This document shows, piece by piece, positions 63,943 to 64,000 of a DNA stretch of 64,000 nucleotides (positions within the stretch are counted from its first letter, which is position 1; each line of letters begins with the position of its first letter). The stretch comes from Nautiliaceae bacterium. GTDB lineage: Bacteria > Campylobacterota > Campylobacteria > Campylobacterales > Nautiliaceae. The translations under genes were made by a program, and so were the position numbers. A model generated the notes under the pieces. The model saw nothing but the letters and a program-made list of their open reading frames with translations, was not told the origin of the DNA and ran no database searches. The DNA lies in NCBI GenBank assembly GCA_039831155.1, contig JBDONT010000029.1, forward strand, positions 27,071 to 91,070, given 5' to 3'.

Positions 63943-64000
63943 AATAAATTCCCCTTTTAATACAGATTATTATATCACAAAAAGAAAAAAAAGGGGGGGG

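Noticed and set aside
63993-64000. G8 run as a phase-variable tract
   Set aside because: Cut by the window edge and intergenic; cannot be evaluated

Overview
AT-rich chromosomal segment of a Campylobacterota bacterium. Gene content and order resemble Campylobacter/Helicobacter, and Nautiliales is my inference. It is mostly core genes: argF, ribA, rsmG, rodA, two tRNAs, MOMP, gap-pgk-tpiA-fabI, ftsX-envC-pyrH-rpoZ-spoT-tyrS-amiA, gyrA-flgP-flgP-flgQ-flgR-asd, gltX2, clpB, ctpA-purCSQ, cmoB, pyrB and pabB. I saw no prophage, IS element or CRISPR array. Most notable: (1) a 113-aa stand-alone protein resembling only the T7 loop and C-terminal domain of FtsZ; (2) tandemly duplicated flgP, one copy behind a sigma28-type promoter embedded in an SD-sequestering hairpin, the other behind a sigma54-type promoter that points into flgR; (3) a beta-carbonic anhydrase with a nonsense codon and a probable frameshift; (4) two PAS + MCP-CZB bipartite chemoreceptor modules, one led by a HemJ-like membrane protein; (5) an SplB-like radical SAM gene and a nucleosidase-like gene flanking a large Cys-rich secreted-protein gene; (6) comF apparently starting at ATT. 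All calls come from motif recognition by eye and recalled family knowledge. No searches were run.
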